64,000 nucleotides of DNA from a virus. Location: positions 1-64,000 of IMG/VR virus record IMGVR_UViG_3300033233_000017; one strand, given 5' to 3'. The position numbers were made by a program, and so were the translations under genes. How positions within the stretch are numbered: the stretch's first letter is position 1; every line of letters begins with the position of its first letter. Under the pieces are notes generated by a model. That model did not search any database. It saw only the letters and a list, made by a program, of their open reading frames with translations, and had not been told where the DNA came from. Shown here piece by piece: positions 9,144 to 17,968 of this stretch.

Positions 9144-9559
9144 AACTGTACAACATTGATTGTGCTCCATAACGCCTTGAAATGCAATCAATTCCAGAAA
9201 CGGGATACCTTCCTCCCCTCCTGCTGTATTCTTCTCTAAATCATCTGTGTCAAGGGGATAATCTCCAAGCCGAATCCCCAGTTCGCCTGCGAGAAGTGCG
9301 TGTTTGGACGCGGGCCGAGCCACCCGGACTGCCGAACCTGCTATCCGCACTTCGGCATCATCGAATCACTGAACGAGATCGACCGGATTCTGGCGGAACA
9401 CGATCCCAAGCCGGAAGTGTCGGCGTCCTTTCCATTTCCCATTATGGTGAACCCCGATATGCCTCTTAACGAGATCCGCTTAACGGACCGCGAGGGTAAC
9501 GTGCTCGCAAGGATCACCAACATCGGCAATAAGTAGGCGACGTGTGCGCGCATACATGG

Positions 9560-9583
9560 AATCAGCGCAGATCTGCGCTGATT
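9560..9583. repeat. Perfect 24-bp palindrome AATCAGCGCAGATCTGCGCTGATT, member of a repeat family
   Basis: Related copies at 4227, 10920, 14050, 14333, 14384; half-sites at 11024, 14023, 14363. Confidence 0.85.
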
Positions 9584-9665
9584 AATCCGATGGGGAGCAA
9601 TTTTCCTATTGCTTCCCATCGTTTCCTATCGTATGCTCGATTCAGGCCGAAAAGGGGCCTGCTCA

Positions 9666-10469
9666 ATGAAAACAGCGAAGAAGAAAGTTACCCCCAAGGA
9701 AGCACCTTCCGTCATCAACGAGATTCTGGTGAATGTGGTGCTCGACCGCTCCGGTTCGATGTCCTCATGCCGGGATTCCACCATCGGCGGCTACAACGAG
9801 TACCTCAATACCCTGCGCGCCGACCACAACGCCAAGTATTCGGTCAGTCTGATACAGTTCGACAAGCCGGGTTCAGAGGAGGGTTCGGAGCCGGAACTGA
9901 TGGTCTGCTACCTCGACAAGCCGCTTGCCGACGTCCCGGATCTGACCAAGGAGACATACGAGCCGCGCGGGATGACGCCGCTCTATGATGCCATCGGGGA
10001 AACGATCCGTCGCATCGGAGAACGGGCCAAGGGGCGTCCGGTGCTGAACGTCATCATCACGGACGGCATGGAGAACGCCAGCAAGGAATTCTCGCAACAG
10101 GGCATCAAGGCGCTGCTTCACACCAAACAGAAAGAGGGCTGGACCTTCGTGTTCCTGGGAGCCAACATCGACAGTTACAAGGTCATTTTCTCGCTCGGAA
10201 TCCACGCCCAGAACGTCAGCAACTACGACACGGCGAACGTGACGTCGATGTTCCAGAACCTCGGAGCTTCGACCCGGTGCTACGCTTCCACGCGCATGGA
10301 GACCGGCGAGGCGCGGCAGGTTCTTGGCGAGGAGTTCTTCACCGACGCACAGCGCCAGGAGATGGAAGCGCAGACGGTCGGAACCGGTAAGCCAGGGGGT
10401 GCAGGCGCTCCGCCTACTCCCTTTCGGGTCCCAAAGTGGAATATCACTTCCCAGGCTGTTAAGCCCTGA
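9666..10469 (+). CDS. vWA-domain protein
   Basis: MIDAS DRSGSM...GMTPLYDAIG...IITDGMENAS. Confidence 0.9.
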   Translation: MKTAKKKVTPKEAPSVINEILVNVVLDRSGSMSSCRDSTIGGYNEYLNTLRADHNAKYSVSLIQFDKPGSEEGSEPELMVCYLDKPLADVPDLTKETYEPRGMTPLYDAIGETIRRIGERAKGRPVLNVIITDGMENASKEFSQQGIKALLHTKQKEGWTFVFLGANIDSYKVIFSLGIHAQNVSNYDTANVTSMFQNLGASTRCYASTRMETGEARQVLGEEFFTDAQRQEMEAQTVGTGKPGGAGAPPTPFRVPKWNITSQAVKP

Positions 10470-10608
10470 ACAGGTTGCTAAGGCGATGCAGGTGAGCCGG
10501 CGCACGGTGTACAACTGGATGCGTTCGGGCCAGTTGCCTGCCGTCAAGGTAGGCCGGACGTGGCGCACCACTTCCGCCGCGTATCTCGGCGACAAGAAAC
10601 GCAGTTAA
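10324..10608 (+). CDS. HTH_17/excisionase-like protein (true start probably near 10450)
   Basis: LLSPEQVAKAMQVSRRTVYNWMRSGQLPAVKVGRTWR. Confidence 0.8.
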   Translation: MARSSSPTHSARRWKRRRSEPVSQGVQALRLLPFGSQSGISLPRLLSPEQVAKAMQVSRRTVYNWMRSGQLPAVKVGRTWRTTSAAYLGDKKRS

Positions 10609-10659
10609 CCGAGCGTAGCACGGATATAGTATTCGTGCTACGCGGTTCAAAATAGGGGA

Positions 10660-10917
10660 GTGCCTATGACCGACGAAGAGATTATCTGTGGATGGAACCC
10701 CGGCCACGTGACAACGACTCCCCACGTCGATTTCCCCTACCTCTACTCCTGGGGGCCTCGCGGCAACCTCCCCGGCGCGCTCTCCCGCAAAGGCCAGCAC
10801 TGCGCCCTCCTCGCTCGCGGCTCCATGAACTCCGCCCTCGTCCAATTCCCAGACGGCACCCTCGCCGTCGTCTCCCGCAATGCCCTCCGCCGCCGCTATC
10901 CATCCCCCACCCCGTAA
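10660..10917 (+). CDS. Phage hypothetical protein with strongly C-biased codons
   Basis: LARGSMNSALVQFPDGTLAVVSRNALRR; GGGGAG RBS. Confidence 0.55.
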   Translation: MPMTDEEIICGWNPGHVTTTPHVDFPYLYSWGPRGNLPGALSRKGQHCALLARGSMNSALVQFPDGTLAVVSRNALRRRYPSPTP

Positions 10918-11096
10918 TTAGCGCAGATCTGCGCTCTTTCTTTTCCCGTAGCACCTTCCTCTATTTCGTGCTACGCGCACCACCCAACTGTCAAGCATTC
11001 CTTGACTACTCAATCCCCCTCCAATCTGCGCTCATTCTTCTAAACCACCGGAATTATATACTTGACAAACCCACGCCAAAGTATGATAATTGAAGC

Positions 11097-12077
11097 ATGG
11101 AAGACGCCGCGATCATCGCTCCCCACTTCTCCGATCCCGAAAAAGCGCGCGAATTCCTTGAAGCAAAGCGCTGGCCCGATGGCCCGATCTGCCCGCACTG
11201 TGGCGTGATCGGCGAAGCCTACAAGCTCACCGCTGACCTGGAAAACAAGAAGGCCACGACGCACGCCCGCAAGGGCGTATGGAAGTGCGGCGGGTGCCGG
11301 GAGCAATTCACTGTCACCGTCGGAACCATCATGGAAGACAGCCACATTCCACTAAACAAGTGGCTTCTTGCGTTTCACTTGCTTTGCGCCAGCAAGAAAG
11401 GCATGAGCGCCCACCAGCTTCACCGGATGCTCGGGGTCACGTACAAAAGCGCGTGGTCCATGGCGCATCGAATCCGCTACGCCATGACGCAGGAGCCGTT
11501 GTCATCGAAGCTCGATGGAATTGTGGAAGTGGATGAAACGTACATCGGTGGGAAGCTCCCCTATCAGAAGTGGCACATGCAAGAAGTTGGAGAGAGCCCC
11601 AGAAAGCGCCGCAGTTACGTCGCCAACAAAGCCGCCGTGGTTACAGTTCTACAGCGCGACGGTCGGGTTCAGTCCACCCATGTGGAGCGCGTGACGGCCG
11701 AGAATCTGAAGCCGATCATTAAGCAGATGGTCGACGAGAAGGCTCATATGATGACCGATTCCTCTACGGTTCTCGATAGCGCTGGAACGGGGCTGAAACA
11801 CGATCAAGTGAACCACACCGAGAAAGAGTACGTTCGGTACGAAAACGGGCTCTGTATCACCACGAACGCAGTCGAGGGGTTCTTCGCGAACCTGAAACGG
11901 GGCATTAATGGCGTGTACCACCATGTTGGCAAGCACCATCTGCACCGCTACCTTGCGGAATTCGATTTCCGCTATAATTCCCGTGAAGTTTCGGACGTGG
12001 AACGCCGGGATATGGCGATTGCTCAAACCAGCGGAAAGCGGCTGAAGTATCGGGACTCATGCGGAAAGACAGCGTAA
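11097..12077 (+). CDS. IS1595-family DDE transposase
   Basis: RWPDGPICPHCG, KKGMSAHQLHRMLGVTYKSAW, EVDETYIGG, MTD, NAVEGFFANLKRG; promoter TTGACA(11062)-17-GATAAT. Confidence 0.95.
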   Translation: MEDAAIIAPHFSDPEKAREFLEAKRWPDGPICPHCGVIGEAYKLTADLENKKATTHARKGVWKCGGCREQFTVTVGTIMEDSHIPLNKWLLAFHLLCASKKGMSAHQLHRMLGVTYKSAWSMAHRIRYAMTQEPLSSKLDGIVEVDETYIGGKLPYQKWHMQEVGESPRKRRSYVANKAAVVTVLQRDGRVQSTHVERVTAENLKPIIKQMVDEKAHMMTDSSTVLDSAGTGLKHDQVNHTEKEYVRYENGLCITTNAVEGFFANLKRGINGVYHHVGKHHLHRYLAEFDFRYNSREVSDVERRDMAIAQTSGKRLKYRDSCGKTA

Positions 12078-12089
12078 AGAAGTAACGCC

Positions 12090-12917
12090 ATGCCTAGACA
12101 ACTAAGAGTTCGCGCTGTTCTCAATAAGGGCAGGCATGGTGTTCCTCTGGATAAGTTGCCCAAAGTTGTCGCCGAATTCCAGCAGTTCCTGCGCGACCTC
12201 GCTGCGGATCTCGGAATCCATGATGAGGCTGGCTGGCAAGGCGTCGATTTCAAAGACGGATCTTTTGATTTTGTAGCCGTTAAGAACACGTTAGTCGAAG
12301 AGCCCCAGTTCCAGGCGTTTAATCAGTCCGCTCGGCGCATCATCAAGAATGAGCCAGATGATCGGATATCGCGGAGGACCAGAAGCCAGTACGCCAAAAT
12401 CGCGGGGCCGATTGACCCCGATGAGATTGTCTACATCGGTATCGAGCCGCCCCCCATCCAGGAGCCCGATCGCCAAACTGGGCCCACGGAAGACTTTGAA
12501 TTTTTCGAGTTGACGAAGGTACAGGCCCAGCAAATCCAAAATGCCGTGCAGGCCCGTGTTCGTGCAATGGCTTCCATCCAGGGGGTCATACATTCCGTAT
12601 TCATTGAGGGAGATGAACCGCATTTCAATCTACGCGAACTCTCTTCGCAGGCGTTAATCAACTGCACGTACAAGGAAAGCAAATACCCGAAATTAGCGGC
12701 CGCACTAGAGCGCAGGAAAGCCGTGGTCCATGTGTTGGGCACGTCCATTACGGATACGCTATCCCGCAAGATCGAGCAATTGGAAGTAGATGACATCGTT
12801 GTAGCTCCTGTCGTCGGGCGGGACTTCTTGAACCGCTTTTTCGGCTGCGCTCCCGGGCTAGTAGAAGACGACGATATCCAGAATCACATCGAGCACAGTA
12901 GGAAACGTGGCAACTAA
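12090..12917 (+). CDS. IS cargo hypothetical protein, probable partner of the PIN gene
   Basis: 275-aa ORF overlapping the PIN gene start. Confidence 0.65.
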   Translation: MPRQLRVRAVLNKGRHGVPLDKLPKVVAEFQQFLRDLAADLGIHDEAGWQGVDFKDGSFDFVAVKNTLVEEPQFQAFNQSARRIIKNEPDDRISRRTRSQYAKIAGPIDPDEIVYIGIEPPPIQEPDRQTGPTEDFEFFELTKVQAQQIQNAVQARVRAMASIQGVIHSVFIEGDEPHFNLRELSSQALINCTYKESKYPKLAAALERRKAVVHVLGTSITDTLSRKIEQLEVDDIVVAPVVGRDFLNRFFGCAPGLVEDDDIQNHIEHSRKRGN

Positions 12918-13704
12918 GACGCCCAAAGCGTACGTGGACTCGTGTTGTTTCACCGAGCCCGCCAGTTACCAAGTTGGAAAGCATGACCCCGGACAAGAGC
13001 GGGATGTTCAGTTTCTGCGCGCGCTACTCGACGCCGCGTTCGATGGGCAGATAGAACTATATACCTCGTCGCTTTCTGTCTCTGAGTGCTTGTTCGTCAG
13101 AGCCAACACCGACAAGAAGCAGGAGCGCATTTTCACTGATGATGTGAAGGCAAACTTCCGCGCGGTGTTGACCTCCGGACAATTCGTAGCTCTCGTTCAA
13201 GACACGATCCTTATTGCTGAACAGGCCCGCGATCTCCTGTGGGTCCACGGTATTCCATTCGGCGGTGCCGACGGAATCCATGTTGCATCCGCCATCGCGT
13301 CCGGATGTGAAGAGTTCCTCACGTTTGATCACTGCCACATCATTTCGAAGGCCGCGGAACTCGAAGAGAAATTCGGATTGCGGGCGGTTCTTCCGCGCAA
13401 TTCCGTCCTTGTCCCGAAAAGCAAACACCCAGATGCCGGCCCGCTGCTTGCGGGTGTTGGAGCGTTGAAAGATGCAGACACGAAAAATCAGCCTCAGGCC
13501 GCTGAAGTTCGAGGAGGCGGTGACGGACATCCTGAAGATCAAGCCGGAGCCCAAGACACAAAGAGCAGCAGCAAACCGAAAGAAAACGACAAAGAAACGA
13601 GTGGCGTCCCGCAACCCGAAGAAAAGCAGCGGGTAGCCGATAACCCACTTGCGCCAGACGGGAAGCCAGACGATAATGCTTCCAGGCCCTCGGGCCCACA
13701 CTAG
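12907..13704 (+). CDS. PIN-domain (VapC-like) ribonuclease with a disordered tail
   Basis: YVDSCCF...TSSLSVSECL...ADGIHVASAI...FLTFD acidic motifs. Confidence 0.8.
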   Translation: MATKTPKAYVDSCCFTEPASYQVGKHDPGQERDVQFLRALLDAAFDGQIELYTSSLSVSECLFVRANTDKKQERIFTDDVKANFRAVLTSGQFVALVQDTILIAEQARDLLWVHGIPFGGADGIHVASAIASGCEEFLTFDHCHIISKAAELEEKFGLRAVLPRNSVLVPKSKHPDAGPLLAGVGALKDADTKNQPQAAEVRGGGDGHPEDQAGAQDTKSSSKPKENDKETSGVPQPEEKQRVADNPLAPDGKPDDNASRPSGPH

Positions 13705-13707
13705 GTT

Positions 13708-13854
13708 CTACTGCTTTTTGGCAGCGGGGACTTCGATCCGCCAAGCTCGGAGTCCCTTATCCTTCGCATAGACTCGGTTGCCATCTTTATCGGTTATCCA
13801 CGCGCGGAAAATCACACGGGTTCCCGTTCGGACGGCATTGGCTTGATTGGCCAT
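13708..13854 (-). CDS. 48-aa small basic protein
   Basis: MANQ...IFRAWITDKDGNRVYAKDKGLRAW; GGAGGA RBS. Confidence 0.6.
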   Translation of the reverse strand: MANQANAVRTGTRVIFRAWITDKDGNRVYAKDKGLRAWRIEVPAAKKQ

Positions 13855-16323
13855 CGGCGTATTCCTCCTTCCGCCAGCTAGCTTCTGTGCTGACGTGCAA
13901 AGCCAGCCATTCACCAGCAGAACGAAAGTTGCCGAGGGCCTGAAAACTTGACCATTGTACTGCAAGACCCACCAAATCAGCTTGTGGGTTTGTGAAGTAT
14001 ACAACTCCGTAAACCACCCTAAATCTGCGCTCATTACTCTCTCTTAATTAGCGCAGATCTGCGCCCTTTCCTACCTCCCCTCACCCCCGCGCCCTACATT
14101 AAACCCCCAAATACCCGTTTTTACCCCCTAAATCACCCCGCCCCAGCGCGTTCCTTAATCTTCTCCATCACCCCTCAACTCTACGCCAAATGACACTCCG
14201 CCACCCTATCAAATACCCCCGCCCGCCGCCCCGCCTTAATCTTCCAGTTCCCGGCCTCTTCTTACCCCAAAACCTTAATCTTTGGGCTCAAGACTGCCGC
14301 CTACCTTCCCCCTCCCAACCCCTTCCGTATTCAGCGCAGATCTGCACCCTTTATCCAGCTACGTCTGCGCTCATTCTTTAATCAGCGCAGATATGCGCTC
14401 TTTTATCCCCTTTGCTTTCTTGTGTTTATTATTTTTTTTTTCGTAGAGAAACGTCGGAGATTAGGCCATGAACGCGGACCCGCTCGGCTTCGGGGCACCC
14501 GCTGTGCCACTTCCGGCTTCCGGTTCGTGTTACGGTTCTCGCCATTCGTGTTACGCTTCTCTAAGTCTTGCTGTAGCAATACGTTGCGTGCTAGTGCTAC
14601 GGCTGTTGTGCTTCTGGGCTTGCTGCTGCTGGCTGCTGCCTGGTCCGGTTGCGATGCCGGCTTCGCGTGAGCACGGGCGAGCACGGGCGGGCCGGGATGA
14701 CCCAAACTAGCCACGCATAAGAAGATGATAGTAGCACGTAAACACGCTTGCGTGCTACGACGAAGAAAGTCTGTAAGCGTAAGAAAACACACGCCAGAAA
14801 ACACTTGCAATGTGATACTCACCATGATAGTCTGGGGTTCCACTATGACACACATACAAGATGAACGCTCCGGAGAGGATGACTCTCTGAAGGCCCCTGA
14901 TAGGACGGACGTAGGGACGCGGAGTGTAGCGCAACGTATAGTAAACGCTGATGGAGGGTTTTTGCATACGCTGATGGAGCGTGGCGGGTTGACGCGGGAT
15001 CAGGCTATCCGGGCGATGCGGACGTTATTACATGTACGTGCTGCGAAGCTTGACCCGGTACTAGGGGTTATCACAGTGCAGCATGGCGCGTTCTATGAAG
15101 GCTTACCGGTTGGCTTGCAGCGTGAATGGCTTACGGGATGGAGGAAAGGCTAATGGAACACGTTACGCCTGCGGCGAACGCCCGGACCGGGCGCGAGGTG
15201 CTCACGGAATTGCAGCAACTTTCTGAGTACGTGGCGGACTACTGCTAACCCCATGCGCGCGCAAGTTATTAAGGCCCAAACGATCCTACACCATGGCCGG
15301 GACCTGGGAGTCTACCAGCTACGGGCCGGGGGTGTGACGCTGGCGGAAGTTACCAACGGGCGCGGGGAGCCTGACTGGATCGGGCGCGCAGCGTCGGAGA
15401 TTTGCCGCTTGGCTCCTCGCACGGTCGAGGACGCCCGCGAGATCATGCGGGCGAACAGGAGAAAATGAACGTGATAACCGCATCGAAACAGTACGAGAAC
15501 CCAAACCCGTTCAACTGGGAGCCAGAGCCGCAACGCAGCACGCCGGCGTGGGTATGGTGGCTGCTCGCGGACGATGGCGGGCTGGTAGACACCATCCGCG
15601 AGGAAAGCCAGATCCTCACATTTGAGCAGCTATGGGCGGCGCGCGGGCGGCGCGCGGTGCGGGCATTTAAGCGCATGTATGGGGTTAGCCGCGTTGAACT
15701 CCCGTCCCAGATCGGCAAACGGAGGGCGCGCTCATGACACCGGCGCAACGTGACGCAGTGCGGGCGGCGCTATCGCTGGCCGGGGAATTCATTCTGTTTG
15801 TCGCAGTCATGGGCGCGCTGCTGCTGCTCTGGGCTGTGTGGTCTTGGTAAGGAGGAGGGATTCAGATGGAGAGCAGGAAGCCAATACGATTACGCAAGGG
15901 GGCGTTTTACTGCCTCGTTGAAGCGCTCAGGCGCAGGACGCATGAAACAGACCATCTACACTAACACCGCACACGGACGAGTCTTTACGAGTGTCCGCAT
16001 AGACGAGAACGGCAAGGGCACATGGAAGTTTATACCGCGCGATTATCGGGGCTCGTTTACCATCGAGCCAAGCGGGGGCCGTTTACAGTGCGATTCGTGG
16101 GCACGGTCGCGGAGGGCTGAACACATGCCACTGCTGCCGGACTACGACCGAGACGCTATTGCACGCGCGAACCTGGAGCACAAGCGCAAACTGGACCGCG
16201 ACCGCGTTACCGCCGAATGGAGGACGCGCAGCGCGCGGCACCCGAGCACGGACACTATTACTAGCGGGCCGCTATTCGGCGGACCGAAACAGACGACAAT
16301 GTTTGACCAGGAGGATAACACCA

Positions 16324-17100
16324 ATGGGACGAATGAATTCCCGCTATCCCGGTAGTTGCTCGATTTGCGGCAAACGCTTCTCCGAGGGCGCGGATATCGA
16401 CTACGACAAGGCAACTCGCAGCGCGGCGCACTGGGCTTGCAAGCGCGACGAGAAACCGCTACCTGCGGACCTCAAAACGTACCAGATCGGAGGCGGCTCC
16501 GGTTATGGCTGTGTGGGTTGGGACATCGGACAGGTTGTCCGGGCGAGCACCCGAGAAGTGGAGCGGGGCTATCCTGCTTATCTGTGCGTGCTCCAAACTC
16601 GATCTCAGTATGTGAGGGATGATGGGCTGAGCTTCGGCGTGGGCGAAGATTCCGGACACCTCTATACGGCGGTCTGCCGAGAGGCAACAGCGACCGAAAC
16701 CGAGCCACTGATCGCCAAGCAACGGCGAGCCGAAACGATCAAGACCGCTAAGTCCTCCCTGGAACAACTCAAACGCCAGATCCGAGAGGGCGGGGAATGC
16801 CCGCGCGCCGAGGACGGCGGATCGCTGGTAGTGGACGGAGAGCGTTTGTTCGACACGCAGACGATCTACGGCGGAGGGGACTGGTTTGTGCTCACGCCTG
16901 AGCATGTCTGGTACGTGCAGAACAACGGCGCAGACGGCGACAATTGGGGCGCGAACAACGTCCGGACTGGCGGGGCTGGCGCGATTGGCTGGAGGGTCCC
17001 CAGAGATGAGGCACTCGTAGCGTTGCTTTGCCTGCGGGAACTGATTGCTGCACTCTGCCGATGTCGGCGCAACGTACGCGCGCATACGCCGGCAGCGTAG
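16324..17100 (+). CDS. Phage hypothetical protein with an N-terminal Zn-finger-like segment
   Basis: RYPGSCSICG...HWAC; AGGAGG RBS. Confidence 0.65.
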   Translation: MGRMNSRYPGSCSICGKRFSEGADIDYDKATRSAAHWACKRDEKPLPADLKTYQIGGGSGYGCVGWDIGQVVRASTREVERGYPAYLCVLQTRSQYVRDDGLSFGVGEDSGHLYTAVCREATATETEPLIAKQRRAETIKTAKSSLEQLKRQIREGGECPRAEDGGSLVVDGERLFDTQTIYGGGDWFVLTPEHVWYVQNNGADGDNWGANNVRTGGAGAIGWRVPRDEALVALLCLRELIAALCRCRRNVRAHTPAA

Positions 17101-17586
17101 AGCAGGCAGGAGGACGGAGGACACATGATTGACGAAACGGGGATATTCCGAATCCACGACGAGACCGGATGGTACGCTGTCGATGCGACAGGCGAACTAC
17201 TCACCAAACCGGTGGAGACGAACGAGCAGTTAACCGAGATACTTCAATTAGTTACGGTCTCACGCGTGATCCGGAAGGAGGACAGGAGCGCTCGCAACAC
17301 GCGCGGAAGCCTTGTTCGGCGGATCTACCGGGCGCTCAACTGGCATGAGAGTGCGGCCCGCTGGTACGGGCAAGCGCTTGCTCTTGGGTGGGAATCGTAC
17401 TATAACCGAATGCGACCCGCGATCTGGGCCGCGATTGAGGAACGGAGCGATGGATAAGCGCCTGTGTGACGCACTCCTCGACAATACCGCGGACGGCTAC
17501 CTGCTTACGACCGTGACCTGCGGTCCGAGGGAAAAACCGAGACTGATATTGTCAAAGATTCTGTATGCACTGCAAATGGGGCATAA

Positions 17587-17823
17587 CTACCGGGAGCGAG
17601 ACCGACGCATCAGTAAGGCTATCTGCGCTTCTAGCGTGCGGACCCGCTCCCGTAGGTCCGAGACGGAACACTCCAGGGCGCTCTGCCTGCCTGGACGCCC
17701 CATATCGGCGCGGACGCGGCGCACATACGAGTAGCTACAGCCGGCGTGACGGGAGACCTCGCGGGCCGTTAGGTCCGTTGTGAGCAGTAGATTACGGGCG
17801 CGTTGAGCTTTAGGGGCTCGCAT
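17587..17823 (-). CDS. Small HTH protein divergent from the AAA operon
   Basis: LTAREVSRHAGCSYSYVRRVR plus a coiled-coil tail. Confidence 0.5.
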   Translation of the reverse strand: MRAPKAQRARNLLLTTDLTAREVSRHAGCSYSYVRRVRADMGRPGRQSALECSVSDLRERVRTLEAQIALLMRRSRSR

Positions 17824-17968
17824 ACATTCCCAGTTTAAGCCATTGTATGCCTAACTTGATGAAGCCGATGAAAAAAAGGCCCGAAACTCGCAGAAAAGTC
17901 TTGCTACGTGTTGAGCATCGTGATACTCTACCTATCTGCTTGGTGCAGTTACTAAACAGGAGCGCAAT

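Larger units (their letters stand above)
6365..9269 (+). mobile_element. IS1595-family element with cargo (IS-A): transposase, small peptide, TA-like operon, tRNA
   Basis: Perfect 27-bp terminal inverted repeats CTTGGAGATTATCCCCTTGACACAGAT (6365-6391 and 9243-9269); flanking 8-mers match only partly (CCGAAAAT and CCGAATCC). Confidence 0.9.
6348..9536 (+). pseudogene. Small Cys-rich phage gene split by IS-A (MKD|PNPQFACEKC...CRTC...)
   Basis: ATG 6348 overlaps the previous stop; removing 6365-9269 plus one 8-bp flank restores the frame into the ORF ending at 9536. Confidence 0.55.
11049..14009 (+). mobile_element. IS1595-family element with cargo (IS-B): transposase, hypothetical protein, PIN nuclease, small ORFs
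   Basis: 26-bp IRs CGGAATTATATACTTGACAAACCCAC and CGGAGTTGTATACTTCACAAACCCAC (3 mismatches); perfect 8-bp target duplication TAAACCAC at 11041-11048 and 14010-14017. Confidence 0.95.

Noticed and set aside
6357-9277. Perfect target-site duplication for IS-A
   Set aside because: Only 5 of 8 bases match, so the exact ends could shift by a few bp
10920-14400. CRISPR array
   Set aside because: Palindromes are short, irregularly spaced and partly half-sites; no cas genes
14403-14855. Small terminase or other gene in the repeat region
   Set aside because: Low-complexity translation produced by short DNA repeats; no recognisable motif
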